Shown here piece by piece: positions 1 to 8,141 of a DNA stretch of 50,745 nt. The translations under genes were made by a program, and so were the position numbers. The notes beneath the pieces were generated by a model. It saw only the letters and a program-made list of their open reading frames with translations, was not told the origin of the DNA and made no database searches. Origin of the DNA: Patescibacteria group bacterium (lineage in GTDB: Bacteria > Patescibacteriota > Microgenomatia > UBA1400 > PJMF01); the NCBI GenBank assembly GCA_049322575.1, contig JBMORQ010000026.1, forward strand, positions 1 through 50,745. Reading direction: 5' to 3'. The stretch's first letter is position 1. Every line of letters begins with the position of its first letter.

Positions 1-207
1 TTGGACAACCTATATTGTATGGTCTAGAGACTAGATTTTGTTCATTCTGAGGAAAATATCATAAAAAAGGATTGATACAAGCAAGAGAAATACCAATTTT
101 AGCAACCCATTTGTTTTACATTAGCCACAGATTCGCTTTTCTTTCGTTAAGAAAATGACAACAATCATGCTGCTAAAACATCACCCAAACAAAGAACGAA
201 AAAGAAT

Positions 208-846
208 TTAGGCGAAAATCTGACTAACAGCCATTGGCAACATAGCTGGACTGGAAACTTGACTGGCAGGTTGTTTCTTCTGTTTTGCGAACGCCACAGA
301 GCTGTTAAGCCCCCATTCTACCGCCACCATCTTAACGCCAACTTTATTTGCTGCCTCCAAATCCCGAACCTCATCTCCCACGTATATTACCTGATCTTTG
401 GTTAGTTTATGCTTTTTTATGACCGACAGTAGCATTTTATCCTTACCAAAAAGGGACTTCTCAGAATAGACAAAATCAAAAAATTCCAAATTGTACAGTT
501 CAAGAAAGCGTACAATGTTGTCTCGCCTGTTAGAACTGACAATTCCTAACGAGTAATTAGTTGCAAGCTGGGTTAAAACCTCAGAAATATCGTCAATCGG
601 CCGTAATTTTGCTAATCGTTTACCAATTTCCTGGTTAATGCGCAGAGCCATTCTGGGTACCTGCCACCAGGGAATTTTAAGTTTCTTCAGCACGCTCTTT
701 AAACCTAAATCGCGAAGATTCAACAACTCCGATTCACTTAGCACTTCATAACCAAACTCTGGAGCAATTATCTCAAGTAACTCTCCAACCATTTCCCAAG
801 TGTTTGCAATCGTTCCGTCAAAGTCAAAAATCACTGTCTTCCTCAT
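208..846 (-). CDS. HAD-superfamily hydrolase (phosphoglycolate phosphatase-like)
   Basis: Motif I FDFDGT, motif II VSSN, motif IV YVGDEVRD. Confidence 0.88.
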   Translation of the reverse strand: MRKTVIFDFDGTIANTWEMVGELLEIIAPEFGYEVLSESELLNLRDLGLKSVLKKLKIPWWQVPRMALRINQEIGKRLAKLRPIDDISEVLTQLATNYSLGIVSSNRRDNIVRFLELYNLEFFDFVYSEKSLFGKDKMLLSVIKKHKLTKDQVIYVGDEVRDLEAANKVGVKMVAVEWGLNSSVAFAKQKKQPASQVSSPAMLPMAVSQIFA

Positions 847-918
847 TATTCACCTCCTCGATGGCATTGACTGTGCAATAGAATCCTGCAGTGAGAGATT
901 CTGACTCATTCCCACAAT

Positions 919-1081
919 TAGACTTGTAGCGAAATAAAATTTTGTAGTGAAAAACTGATTTTTTTGAACGAAAAGGGTTTTTTTGAGCGAAGTAGTAGCA
1001 TGGCTACTTCGAGCGAGAAAAAAACCTTTGCAGTACTTAAAAGCAGTTTTGTAATAAAAATGTTATTTCACTACAAGTCTA
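919..1081. mobile_element. 163-bp palindromic MITE-like element with TA termini
   Basis: Ends TAGACTTGTAGCGAAATAA / TTATTTCACTACAAGTCTA are inverted repeats with one mismatch; arms continue imperfectly to a central AGTAGC-ATG-GCTACT hairpin; related short copy at 19441-19496. Confidence 0.7.
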
Positions 1082-2215
1082 TTAAATAGACAACTCCTTA
1101 AAATAACCCACAATTTCTCTAAAAAACTCTGCAATTTCTTGATCGTTGGCATCTCCCGTTATCTGCCAAATTTTACCAAACCCCTGTTGGTCAATCTTCT
1201 GCTGTAGAAGTCGCTTTTTTGTAAGGAAATCATATTGGCTGGCCAAACGAGTTGCAATCTGCTCAGCACTCAAACCCCTGTTGGCCATCCTTTTTGCCTG
1301 AACCTCAGGCGACAAATCAATTAAAATCATGCGATTGTTGGATAAATGGCTCATGTTTGATTCTATTAGCAAGGCAGCGTTGAATAAAATTAGACCTTTT
1401 TTTCCGTACAAGCTACGTCTCAAACGTACCAGTAAAGGCTGGTACATGATGCGATTCAATTGGGAGAGCTTTTCGCGATCGCTAAAAACAATTTCACCTA
1501 ATTTTTTACGGTTGATTAGGCCATTTCCCTCAGCAACCTCCTTGCCAAAACACTCGATAATCTGTCGTCTCACATCAGCGTAACGGGGCTCAGTCAAAGA
1601 ACCAATGATTTCATGACCGATCTCATCAAGATCAATATTACAGACTGGAATGTTGTACTGTCTTCCTAGTTCCACCAGGCGGTGACATAGGTACGATTTA
1701 CCGGCTGCAATTTCACCTGTTACACCGATGATGTATTGTCCAGACAACCTCTCCTCCAAGCGACTTTTAACGGACAAACTCACAAATTCGTGTATTAAAC
1801 CCTGTTCTCGCTGTAGTGCTTTGACCGCACTCGAGCTAACGTGAGCTAATTTAGGATCGGCCGGCAACAAAACTGTTTCCAAACCTAATTTCTGGCTATC
1901 CCCAAGCTGATTCAAAACAGCCTCGTAATTAAAGTCGGCTGCATTACGCACACCTTTAACAATCACATCGGCTTTTTGCTCGTAGGCAAAGTCAACCAAT
2001 AATCCCTGGAAAGACAGAACCCTGACTTCCGGCAAATGGCTTAATGACTGGCGGGCCATCTCAACACGTTCCTCGAGTGAAAAAGTATATTTTTTATCTG
2101 GGTTGACACCAATTGCAACAATAATTTTGTCAAAAATCTTGGCAGCACGCTCAATAATGTTGATGTGGCCAAAAGTTATTGGATCACCAGAAAAAGCATA
2201 AATCGCTGTAGACAT
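1082..2215 (-). CDS. coaD-coaE: Bifunctional pantetheine-phosphate adenylyltransferase / dephospho-CoA kinase (CoaD-CoaE fusion)
   Basis: N-half SGDPITFGH, KGVR, SSSAVK (CoaD); C-half GVTGEIAAGKS P-loop, RKKLGEIVFSD, RLASQ (CoaE). Start moved to ATG 2215. Confidence 0.88.
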   Translation of the reverse strand: MSTAIYAFSGDPITFGHINIIERAAKIFDKIIVAIGVNPDKKYTFSLEERVEMARQSLSHLPEVRVLSFQGLLVDFAYEQKADVIVKGVRNAADFNYEAVLNQLGDSQKLGLETVLLPADPKLAHVSSSAVKALQREQGLIHEFVSLSVKSRLEERLSGQYIIGVTGEIAAGKSYLCHRLVELGRQYNIPVCNIDLDEIGHEIIGSLTEPRYADVRRQIIECFGKEVAEGNGLINRKKLGEIVFSDREKLSQLNRIMYQPLLVRLRRSLYGKKGLILFNAALLIESNMSHLSNNRMILIDLSPEVQAKRMANRGLSAEQIATRLASQYDFLTKKRLLQQKIDQQGFGKIWQITGDANDQEIAEFFREIVGYFKELSI

Positions 2216-2221
2216 AGAGGT

Positions 2222-2231
2222 ATTATATAAT
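2222..2231. promoter_or_regulatory. Overlapping bidirectional -10 elements for two divergent leaderless genes
   Basis: ATTATATAAT gives TATAAT on both strands, 6 nt before ATG 2215 (-) and 7 nt before ATG 2239 (+). Confidence 0.55.
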
Positions 2232-2238
2232 GTGTAGT

Positions 2239-2706
2239 ATGCAAACCACATTCAAAAAAGTCTTTTTAGCAGATTATGCCGTTATGGTCTCGACTCTTAC
2301 TCCGCTAATTGCTGGCGTAGTTTTCATCGATTCGGTCACTTTAAGAATTTTACCTGGAATTTTAAGCAGAAATGGAAATGAAAGTATTAATCCTTGGTTT
2401 TTTTCTGGATTGTTCATAATATCATTGCTCATTTTTTTACCACTACTAGCTATTCGCATTAAACAAATTAAAGACATTTTGAAAAATGGCAAAATCATAA
2501 ATGCTAAAGTTACCTTTATTAACCTATACAATGATCGAGGCCGAATTGAATATCGCTATAACTTCGATGGCAAAGAATTCATAACTGGCAATGCGCTACA
2601 TCGCAATAAATACGTGGAGTCACTAAAAGTTGGAGATGCAATTAAAATCGTTGTTTCAGGTGACAATCCGAAAAAAGCGTTAATAAAATCGCTATTTGTT
2701 GAGTAA
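2239..2706 (+). CDS. Hypothetical two-TM membrane protein (DUF3592-like C-terminal domain)
   Basis: Two hydrophobic segments, then NGKIINAKV...IEYRYNFDGKEF...LKVGDAIKIVVSGDNPKKA. Confidence 0.65.
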   Translation: MQTTFKKVFLADYAVMVSTLTPLIAGVVFIDSVTLRILPGILSRNGNESINPWFFSGLFIISLLIFLPLLAIRIKQIKDILKNGKIINAKVTFINLYNDRGRIEYRYNFDGKEFITGNALHRNKYVESLKVGDAIKIVVSGDNPKKALIKSLFVE

Positions 2707-2724
2707 AATAAAATCAAAGAACTA

Positions 2725-3084
2725 ATGCCAAACGACAAAACAAAAACTAAAAACAGTCAAAAAAATTCTAACAATTCTTGGCAGGTTGTAGTGCTCTTTC
2801 TAGTTCTGATTGGGCTTATTTTTGCAGTCGAAAGGTACTTCTTTTATCTCACCGAATTGCGAAATAAGTATGCAATAAAGGAGGTCCTCTTATACTCAGC
2901 AAGACTCGATCTAGAAAAATTTGGCCAAAAGCAACTTGCCTATTCCGAATGCGTCGTCCATACCAAGTTTACCGATATGCTCCTACCTTGGTTACTCCAG
3001 AATCAAATAGATGAGTTAGACAGCAAAATCAAGATCTGTAATGAGAAAGTTACTCAATTACAATCCTCGCATCCAGAGCCTTAA
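2725..3084 (+). CDS. Hypothetical single-TM protein
   Basis: 119-aa ORF with basic N-terminus and one TM; 3' end overlaps the convergent acetate-CoA ligase gene by 35 nt. Confidence 0.55.
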   Translation: MPNDKTKTKNSQKNSNNSWQVVVLFLVLIGLIFAVERYFFYLTELRNKYAIKEVLLYSARLDLEKFGQKQLAYSECVVHTKFTDMLLPWLLQNQIDELDSKIKICNEKVTQLQSSHPEP

Positions 3085-5161
3085 CCCCCTCCCCCTCAGG
3101 TAAAACCAAAAGTGGATTGATATCGAGCTCAACGATCTCCGGGAAATCACTTACTAGTTGCGCTAAACGACCAATACTCTCGATCATCAAGGCTCGGTCG
3201 GCTGGTTTTTGGCCACGCACACCGGCAAAAATTGCTGACGAACGTAGGCCATCAATCATTCTCTCGGCGTCTGTTTTAGTAAGAGGCACAAAAGCTAAGC
3301 TAACATCCTTGAGAACCTCGACATAAATTCCTCCCAAACCGAACATCACCATGGTTCCCAATCCTGGGGCGCGATTAACACCCAGAATTGTTTCGGTTCC
3401 GTAGGCTGGAGCCATCTCGACCAACAAGACACCGTCCAGACGAGCCTCGGGTTTATTCTTGGCAACAGTTTTCATCATTTGCTTGAAGCTGTCTTCGACT
3501 GTTTCACAGGTAACATTCAGCATTACCCCACCCACGTCACTCTTGTGCAAGATATCCTGCGAGACGATTTTCATGGCAAACTTCATCTCTTTTTTGCCTG
3601 CCATCTTGGTAGCGGCTTTTTTAGCGTCGACAGCAGTAGCAGCTTGAGCCGACTGCAACATTGGGAAACCGTAAGCAGCTAATATTTCAATTGCCTCAGA
3701 CTCTGGGAAGGAGGTCTTGCCTTTTGCTTTTGCTGCCGCAAAGATTTGGCCAACCTTTTCTTTGTCAACATCAGCATAGCGCAAAGGACGAGCTATTGGC
3801 TTGTCGGCGCGATCCACAAATTTGCCAAAGGTTGCCATGGCCTTAGCAGCTGGCTCGGGGAAGGTTGAAGTGACCACTCCGGCTTGTTTCATAGCGTCAA
3901 CTCCAGGTTGGACAGTTTCTTGCCCCATGAAACTAACAATCATCGGCTTATTGGTGTTGGCACGTGTCGCTACCACTGCCTTGGCTGTTTTGACAATTTC
4001 TGTCATTGACTGAGGTGTTAATAACAAAATGATGGCGTCGGTATTTGGGTCTTCGGCAACTAATTCCAAAGCCTGTTTGTAACGGTCACCTACCGCGTCA
4101 CCCAAAATATCCACCGGGTTGTGGGTGCTGGCAGCGGCTGGCAGAAATTCTCGGAGAGCTTTGACAGTTTTAGGAGCCAATTCGGCCATCTCCAAGCCAC
4201 TCTCCACCACTGCATCAGTAGTTAAGACACCAGGACCACCAGCGTTGGTGATGATGCTAACGCGACGAACTTTTTGCAAACTGTTTTTTGAAAAGATCTG
4301 TGCGTAATCAAACAACTGACTAATACTTTCGGCACGAATGATACCTGCCTGAGCAAACAATGATTCGTAGGCAATGTCACCACCACTCAACGAACCTGTG
4401 TGAGAGGCAATAGCGCCAGCACCAGCCTCGGTCTTACCGGACTTGAGCATAATGATCGGCTTGGGATTTTTACCTCGAGTAATTTCTTGTACAGTTTTAA
4501 TGAGTTCTGGGGCATTTTCCAATTGCTCAACGTACATGGCAATTACTTTCGTTTGTGGATCTTGGGCAAAGTATTTAATGAGTTTTAACTCGTTAATGTC
4601 TGCCTTGTTGCCAATGCTCATAAATTTGGAAAAACCAATACCGAGTTCTTTAGCGTAGTCCAAAACGGCCGTACAAAGTGCGCCACTCTGAGAAACAAAA
4701 GCTACATCGCCTGGCTCTGGCATCAGGGCGGCAAAAGAGGCGTTCATTTTGATTTCAGGATTGATAATTCCCAGACAATTTGGACCAACCAACGACACAC
4801 CTAGTTCGCGGCATTTTGCCGATAAATTGCGTTCCAGCTCAATGTTGCCAATCTCTTTGCAACCAGCCGAGATGACGATAGCTGCCTTGGCACCTTTAGC
4901 AGCAGCTTTTTCTATTTCGGCTGTCACGAAAGACGCTGGTACAGCGATCACAGCTAAATCAATGTCTCCAGGGATCTGTTCAACGGAGGCATAAACCTTT
5001 TTACCATAAAGTTTGTCTGCTTTAGGATTTACCGGATAAATCTCACCCTCGTAGCCCTGAGTTACAAGATTTTTGACCACGTCATTACCCACTGTCTTCA
5101 GGTTCCTGGATGCGCCAATCATGGCTATGGCTTTGGGATAAAAAAGAGCTTGATAGGACAT
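3050..5161 (-). CDS. acdAB: Acetate--CoA ligase (ADP-forming), fused alpha-beta type
   Basis: CoA-binding N-domain (IGAS, YPVNP, VGPNCLG), SQSGA, phospho-His motif ASHTGSL, TNAGGPG, ATP-grasp C-domain HKSDVGGV and ELDINPL; no GNAT domain. Confidence 0.9.
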   Translation of the reverse strand: MSYQALFYPKAIAMIGASRNLKTVGNDVVKNLVTQGYEGEIYPVNPKADKLYGKKVYASVEQIPGDIDLAVIAVPASFVTAEIEKAAAKGAKAAIVISAGCKEIGNIELERNLSAKCRELGVSLVGPNCLGIINPEIKMNASFAALMPEPGDVAFVSQSGALCTAVLDYAKELGIGFSKFMSIGNKADINELKLIKYFAQDPQTKVIAMYVEQLENAPELIKTVQEITRGKNPKPIIMLKSGKTEAGAGAIASHTGSLSGGDIAYESLFAQAGIIRAESISQLFDYAQIFSKNSLQKVRRVSIITNAGGPGVLTTDAVVESGLEMAELAPKTVKALREFLPAAASTHNPVDILGDAVGDRYKQALELVAEDPNTDAIILLLTPQSMTEIVKTAKAVVATRANTNKPMIVSFMGQETVQPGVDAMKQAGVVTSTFPEPAAKAMATFGKFVDRADKPIARPLRYADVDKEKVGQIFAAAKAKGKTSFPESEAIEILAAYGFPMLQSAQAATAVDAKKAATKMAGKKEMKFAMKIVSQDILHKSDVGGVMLNVTCETVEDSFKQMMKTVAKNKPEARLDGVLLVEMAPAYGTETILGVNRAPGLGTMVMFGLGGIYVEVLKDVSLAFVPLTKTDAERMIDGLRSSAIFAGVRGQKPADRALMIESIGRLAQLVSDFPEIVELDINPLLVLPEGEGVKALDARIVIE

Positions 5162-5432
5162 GGAGCCTTTCGAATTTTGTCGTTAATTAAGATTGTGATT
5201 ATTAATGACGAAATTTTTTTTAGTAGATATACAGCTAAAATAATGCGGTGATTTTATTACAAACTATGCTTACTTAAAAGTGGAGTAATAGAAAAAATCA
5301 TACTTAAAATAAAAAATTTGTGGTGAAAACTGATTCTGCAGCTTTCGCTCATCTCACCACAGTTCAAATCTCTCAAGAAACATTACTCAAGTACAGTCTT
5401 GATATATCAACCTTTTCATTTATAATCGACGC

Positions 5433-5999
5433 ATGTTATTTCAGGAAAGAGATAATACTGGAATCGAGCCAATTGCCAGTGATAACTTAAATTATTTTCA
5501 CTGCCTACAAAATGCATTTCATATAGCAAATAATTTCTTTGGTTTTCATGAAGATTCTAAATTATATTTACCTAGAAAATCGGCGCATGTTGTTGTTAAC
5601 AAAGAACCCTTCAAGATTAGAATGGAAGCCGAGCAGATTTCCTTATTAACCGAGGATGAGATCCTAGAACAAGTTCACTCGATAAATTTTTTATTGCTGC
5701 AGCAAAGTGTTGATAAGATTGCCAGTCATCTTATTTCTAACGAACATGCAAACCAAAATACTAGCAACCTTAACACTGATGCAAACATAATTTCGCAACT
5801 CTATTCACGACTAAACAGTCTATCATGCTTACTCAAGCAAATTATATTTCTCGATCCTAATACTAAACAAAGACAGGATAAAATAATTACAATTCTCTGG
5901 TCGCTCAATGAGCTTTTTAAGGATGAATCTGGAAAAAGTATGCCATATTCAAAAGTTTTTGTGTCATTTTTGGCAAAAACTCATTTTTTTGATAATTAG
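5433..5999 (+). CDS. Hypothetical protein
   Basis: 188-aa ORF filling the gap; TATAAT 6 nt upstream of ATG. Confidence 0.55.
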   Translation: MLFQERDNTGIEPIASDNLNYFHCLQNAFHIANNFFGFHEDSKLYLPRKSAHVVVNKEPFKIRMEAEQISLLTEDEILEQVHSINFLLLQQSVDKIASHLISNEHANQNTSNLNTDANIISQLYSRLNSLSCLLKQIIFLDPNTKQRQDKIITILWSLNELFKDESGKSMPYSKVFVSFLAKTHFFDN

Positions 6000-6031
6000 C
6001 TGACTCAATCTCTCTCGACGTTTCGCCAAAC

Positions 6032-6763
6032 TCATCTCACCACCACGTTTTTCAAATGCCTATCAAAAATCTCTTTAGCTGCCTCAGCCTGCTCTTTTGT
6101 GGCTGGCGGTACGCCTTCCAATTGATATGGCAAGCCCATGGCTTTATATTTGTGAACTCCAAGAGTGTGATAAGGCAAAATCTCAACTTTTTCTAGGTGT
6201 TTAAAATTTGAAAAGCGCTTGGCCCATGCCTCCAGGTGTTCCGGTTGATCACTCCAGCCAGGCACAAGCACATAGCGCAACCAAAGCCGCTTACCAATTT
6301 TTTCGGCATAATCAGCATTTTTAAGCGGATTTTCGTTGCTCTGGCCAGTTATTTTTTTATGCCACTCTGGATCAATGTGTTTGACATCCAACAAAATCAC
6401 GTCCGCCAACTCATAAATGCGATTAATTTTTTCGTCAAAAAATGCCCCGCAAGTGTCTAAAGCAATACTAAAACCAGCTTTTTTAACCGCGGTAAATAGT
6501 TCAATCAAACCATCAGCCTGGACAGTTGGCTCACCACCTGAGACAGTGAGGCCACCCCCATCTCCAAAATAGGTTTTTTGTTTTTGCAACAAGGCTACAA
6601 TTTGTTCTGAAGTCATGTCTCTTGCCTCTGGACTTTGGCGCGGCCGCGCATCTGGATTTTGACAATACAGACAACGAAAAATGCAGCCCTGCAAAAACAG
6701 TACCAGCCTGATTCCTGGGCCGTCATGAGTGCCAAATGTCTCGATCGAGTGAATATGGAGCAT
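6032..6763 (-). CDS. pflA: Pyruvate formate-lyase activating enzyme (radical SAM)
   Basis: HSIETFGTHDGPGIR, CIFRCLYC CxxxCxxC, SGGEP, ILPYH. Confidence 0.95.
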   Translation of the reverse strand: MLHIHSIETFGTHDGPGIRLVLFLQGCIFRCLYCQNPDARPRQSPEARDMTSEQIVALLQKQKTYFGDGGGLTVSGGEPTVQADGLIELFTAVKKAGFSIALDTCGAFFDEKINRIYELADVILLDVKHIDPEWHKKITGQSNENPLKNADYAEKIGKRLWLRYVLVPGWSDQPEHLEAWAKRFSNFKHLEKVEILPYHTLGVHKYKAMGLPYQLEGVPPATKEQAEAAKEIFDRHLKNVVVR

Positions 6764-6810
6764 ATTGGGTATTCTCTATTATAATATCTAGATATTCAAC
6801 TTTATTAAAT

Positions 6811-7746
6811 ATGTCCCACCTCTCACCCCTCCGCGTTAAAAACTATTTCTTCTCCAACCATCAGAGACTTTCAGATTACACCTGGTTTCACTTTCTAAGT
6901 CGCAGCTGGTTAATCATTCAAGACAGAGACGCCAAAAAAATACTTGACCAAATATTCGATCAAGAAATCAAAGATCAACAGACAGAGTACCAAATTAAAA
7001 CTCTGCAACATTATCTTAAAAACCCACTCGATCCGGTACTTCCTGAAAGAGTAGCTTATTTGAACAAATATCCAGATTTGCGACCATTAACACGCGATTC
7101 TCTGACCGCGATTTTTGCTCAAAAGCTTTGGAAGCTTGATCTTAAACAAGTCCTAAAATCCTGGCAACCGCAGCAGCTTGATCAGGTTGCCAATCGTCTT
7201 TGGCTTGATCAACCAGCCATGCTATCCCTGGCCACCTATGCCATCAACTTTCTGACTCTTTACTACTATTCTTTTGCTGAAGACAGATTTGCAAATTGTA
7301 TCGATCATCTATATCAAATAATAGATGAAGCTTGGGAAAAGCTCTCCCAAGTGCCAGGTGGTTTACAAAGTATCGCCTACTTTGTCACTCACATTATTAT
7401 CAACGACTCACTTTTTTACACTCGGCCAATACCCAAAGAACGTCGAGAGTTGCATCTTAGATTTCTCGACAGACTTGTCACTGAAATTTATCCTGATCGC
7501 ATCACCGATGTCTCTGTTGATTGTCATTGCGAAATCCAAACTTGTTACCTAATTTTGGAATCGATCTCGCCTTTTATGGAGCTGGCCAAACAATATGTGG
7601 AACAGCACACTGATCCAACTAACCAATTTTTAATCGAAGAACATCAAAAATCGGTCCCGTTTTCCAGGATTGAGCATCAAAATGTTCTATATACTGTTGG
7701 TTTTGGAAACGCGTCGACAATCAGAATAAAAGAAGATTTCCGGTAA
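6811..7746 (+). CDS. Hypothetical helical protein
   Basis: Long ORF; ATG 6811 preferred because the ORF-track start overlaps pflA. Confidence 0.6.
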   Translation: MSHLSPLRVKNYFFSNHQRLSDYTWFHFLSRSWLIIQDRDAKKILDQIFDQEIKDQQTEYQIKTLQHYLKNPLDPVLPERVAYLNKYPDLRPLTRDSLTAIFAQKLWKLDLKQVLKSWQPQQLDQVANRLWLDQPAMLSLATYAINFLTLYYYSFAEDRFANCIDHLYQIIDEAWEKLSQVPGGLQSIAYFVTHIIINDSLFYTRPIPKERRELHLRFLDRLVTEIYPDRITDVSVDCHCEIQTCYLILESISPFMELAKQYVEQHTDPTNQFLIEEHQKSVPFSRIEHQNVLYTVGFGNASTIRIKEDFR

Positions 7747-8031
7747 CTCCAACCCTCAACGAAAACTAACAAAATTTTTTGTATTGAGACGATACCATCA
7801 AAGAATTTCACCAAAAAAAACAAATAATTCAACTCCACTTGCAAAACGAACATGTAACAATTTTTTTGTTACCTAAATCCGATTCCTGCAGCCTGACAGA
7901 AAAACTCTGGCAATTATTTATCAAACCACAACACCAGTCAAAGTGTTTTCTGACAGTAAAAATAAAAGAGGATTTCCAGTAACTCCAACCCGCAACGAAA
8001 ACTAACAAATTTTTTTGTATTGAGACGATAC
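7725..8031 (+). repeat. 71-bp direct repeat, two copies (7725-7795, 7961-8031), plus a degenerate partial copy near 7830-7870
   Basis: AATAAAAGARGATTTCCRGTAACTCCAACCCKCAACGAAAACTAACAAAWTTTTTTGTATTGAGACGATAC, 4 mismatches, 236-bp period. Confidence 0.9.
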
Positions 8032-8141
8032 GAGCAAAATTGGCAAAAAAGATTGAGACAGCACAAAAAAAATAACACCAATACTTTTTTGCCAATTACA
8101 AACAAAAGAGTCTCACGGACAAAAAAATTTGTTAGTGTAAC

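Noticed and set aside
3050-5161. Protein lysine acetyltransferase (Pat/YfiQ)
   Set aside because: No GNAT domain, and the catalytic His (ASHTG) of NDP-forming ligases is present
7725-8031. CRISPR array
   Set aside because: Only two 71-bp copies with a 165-bp spacer; wrong geometry and no cas genes in the window
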